In this document: in pieces, positions 62,187 to 64,000 of the stretch
Layout: every line of letters starts with the position of its first letter
Numbering within the stretch: position 1 is the stretch's first letter
Assembly: GCA_051382295.1 (NCBI GenBank)
Contig: JBBCAW010000012.1
Span: 161,983 to 225,982 of the forward strand
DNA from: Bdellovibrionota bacterium FG-1
GTDB taxonomy: Bacteria > Bdellovibrionota > UBA1018
Length of the DNA: 64,000 bases
Reading direction: 5' to 3'
The notes under the pieces: generated by a model
What the model was told of the DNA's origin: nothing
Database searches by the model: none
Seen by the model: the letters and a program-made list of their open reading frames with translations, nothing else
Made by a program: the position numbers and the translations under genes

Positions 62187-63851
62187 GTGAACATCTTGAA
62201 AAAGCAAAAGCAGAGTGATGTCCTAGCGTTAGTCCGTGCCAAAGTTTCATTTCGTGAAATCGAGGAGCGTCTCGGCATTCACCGCGAAACGGCTTCGAAA
62301 TACGCCTTAGCGGCGGGGCTCTGGGCGCCACCCGCAAAACCGGCCACTTCGCCTGGAATGGCCACCGGCTCAGAGTTCAAAACCGGCCAAAGTCCTCCAC
62401 CCCGGCCACCGGATGGCGCCGCATCAAATGCGGAGGTCTCCCCCGCGAAGATCCCCGCTCACGCCCGGTCGGCCTGTGAGTCGCACCGCGAGTGGATTGA
62501 GTCACAGATCCGTCTCAGTCGTAATGCCCAGGCAATCTACCAGGACCTCGTGGATCAGTACGGGTTCACCAACAAGTACAACAGCGTGAAGCGCTTCGTT
62601 CGCTGTCTCAAGCGCAAGGAGCCCGAGCAGTTCGACCGGCTTGAGTTCCTGCCCGGCGAGGAGGTGCAGGTGGATTACGGCCAGGGCGCCCCCACGCGGT
62701 GCCCGAAGACGGGCAAGATGCGCAGGCCGCGGCTGTTTGTCATGACGTTGCGCTACTCGCGCCGATGCTTCCGTAAGGTGGTGTGGAACTCGTCGCAGGA
62801 AGTCTGGGCGCGGCTCCATGAAGAGGCGTTTCGCTATTTCAAGGGCTGTCCGCAATACGTTGTACTCGACAATCTCAAAGAAGGCGTCATCAAACCCGAC
62901 ATCTTTGAACCGCTCATCAATCACGTTTATGCGGCGATGTTGAATCACTATGACGTAGTTGCCGATCCCGCCCGCGTGAGGGACCCCGATCGCAAGGGAT
63001 CGGTGGAGAATGCGATCAACCACACGCAAGAGACGGCGCTCAAGGGGCGGACGTTCGAGACGCTCGAGGAGCAAAACGCGCATCTGATGCACTGGGAGGA
63101 GAAGTGGGCCGCGCCCCGCGTGCACGGTCGCGCCAAGCGCCAGGTGCAAGCGATGTTTGAGGAGGAGCAACCGTTTTTGAAGGCCCTTCCGCTGATGCCA
63201 TTTCGCTATTTCAAGCAGGAGTCGCGCACGGTGTGGGACGACGGTCTGGTTCAGGTGGGGCAATGCTATTACGCTGCACTCCCCGCGCCCCTTTTCTCGG
63301 ACGTTTGGGTCCGAATCTATGATCTGGAGATCGAGGTCCTCGATAAAAAAACGATGACTGTACTGAGACGCCACCGCCGCAAGGAGCGCCCAGGGGAGAT
63401 CGCGTTCGAGCCGGGCGATCGCATCTTCAATCCGTCACGTGAGACGGAACGTCTATTCAAACAGGCAGAGGCGATCGGGCCATGGGCTGCCAAGATGTGC
63501 CGCGAGCTGTTCAAGGAGAATGGGCGCATTGGTCAGAAAAAAATACAGGGCATCGTATCGCTCAGCCGTAAATACACGGCCGCTAGGATCGAGACCGCCT
63601 GCAAGGCGGCGTTCGAGCGCCACGCCTGGTCCTCGCGTGCGGTGAGGATGCTGCTCGAATCCTGGGTCGAGCAGGACGAGCGACAGGAGGCCGCCAAGCC
63701 CAAGCAGCTCGAACTGATCCAAGCGCATGAGTCCATTCGCCCAATCTCCGAATACCAAGAATTCTGGGCGATTCACGCCCAGAGTAACGCCGGCGAATCA
63801 GCCGGAAAAACCAAGAAGGAAGAAAAAACGTATGCCGTTATCCATGACTGA
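62187..63851 (+). CDS. istA: IS21 transposase IstA
   Basis: PGEEVQVDYG, VVLDNLKEGV, P.RKGSVE (DDE triad). Confidence 0.95.
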   Translation: MNILKKQKQSDVLALVRAKVSFREIEERLGIHRETASKYALAAGLWAPPAKPATSPGMATGSEFKTGQSPPPRPPDGAASNAEVSPAKIPAHARSACESHREWIESQIRLSRNAQAIYQDLVDQYGFTNKYNSVKRFVRCLKRKEPEQFDRLEFLPGEEVQVDYGQGAPTRCPKTGKMRRPRLFVMTLRYSRRCFRKVVWNSSQEVWARLHEEAFRYFKGCPQYVVLDNLKEGVIKPDIFEPLINHVYAAMLNHYDVVADPARVRDPDRKGSVENAINHTQETALKGRTFETLEEQNAHLMHWEEKWAAPRVHGRAKRQVQAMFEEEQPFLKALPLMPFRYFKQESRTVWDDGLVQVGQCYYAALPAPLFSDVWVRIYDLEIEVLDKKTMTVLRRHRRKERPGEIAFEPGDRIFNPSRETERLFKQAEAIGPWAAKMCRELFKENGRIGQKKIQGIVSLSRKYTAARIETACKAAFERHAWSSRAVRMLLESWVEQDERQEAAKPKQLELIQAHESIRPISEYQEFWAIHAQSNAGESAGKTKKEEKTYAVIHD

Positions 63852-64000
63852 AATCGAACAGACCTTGAAAACGCTTAGGCTCCCCGGGATGAGAGAAACG
63901 TTCGGGGCTCGGGCGCTGGAGGCCGCGCAAGGGCACCTCCCGTTTATCGACGCGTTCTCGATGTTGCTTACCGATGAGATGGATCGTCGTAAGACGAAGC
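63832..64000 (+). CDS. istB: IS21 helper ATPase IstB, N-terminal part
   Basis: MPLSMTEIEQTLKTLRLPGMRETF...LLTDEMDRR overlapping the istA stop. Confidence 0.9.
   Translation, partial: MPLSMTEIEQTLKTLRLPGMRETFGARALEAAQGHLPFIDAFSMLLTDEMDRRKTK

Larger units (their letters stand above)
62044..64000 (+). mobile_element. IS21-family insertion sequence (left end; continues beyond window)
   Basis: TG terminus (exact end inferred), tandem GGCCACC..AAAACCGGCCA repeats, istA-istB, higher GC than flanks. Confidence 0.93.

Noticed and set aside
62502..63374. 290-aa antisense ORF in istA and other long antisense ORFs in core genes
   Set aside because: Codon-bias shadows of well-supported genes, with no recognisable motifs.

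Overview
Bacterial chromosomal window, about 48% GC by eye. Gene content and order suggest a Bdellovibrionota/Oligoflexia-like or deltaproteobacterial organism (inference). Most of it is housekeeping: yqeY-dnaG-rpoD, tRNA-Ile2(CAT), nif3/zinc-ribbon/rnpB, speA, pepP, dusB, two-subunit fumarase, murI, clpP-clpX-lon, and a str-S10-spc-alpha ribosomal cluster that lacks tuf and infA and has a 1-nt frameshift in secY. It ends in an IS21-family element that truncates an FkbM methyltransferase. The most unusual features are: (1) a secreted precursor with a duplicated SSELDR motif and a 45-aa tail containing 20 Tyr and 6 Trp, directly upstream of an S8 protease and a lytic transglycosylase; (2) two inverted, covarying ~120-bp structured elements after rnpB that bracket a 1.5-kb stretch of gene relics (DUF4431 gene, broken NNPGNL protein fused to a mazF fragment, (AAACC)17, IS5 relic); (3) a ~270-nt, almost fully base-paired spacer between rpsJ and rplC; (4) several apparent pseudo-enzymes (XRE-PAS-dead kinase, metal-less persulfide dioxygenase-rhodanese, degenerate ECF sigma); (5) systematic Ala/Lys-rich extensions on ribosomal proteins and an EF-G with a divergent domain IV. 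All homology calls come from motif recognition by eye; no searches were run.
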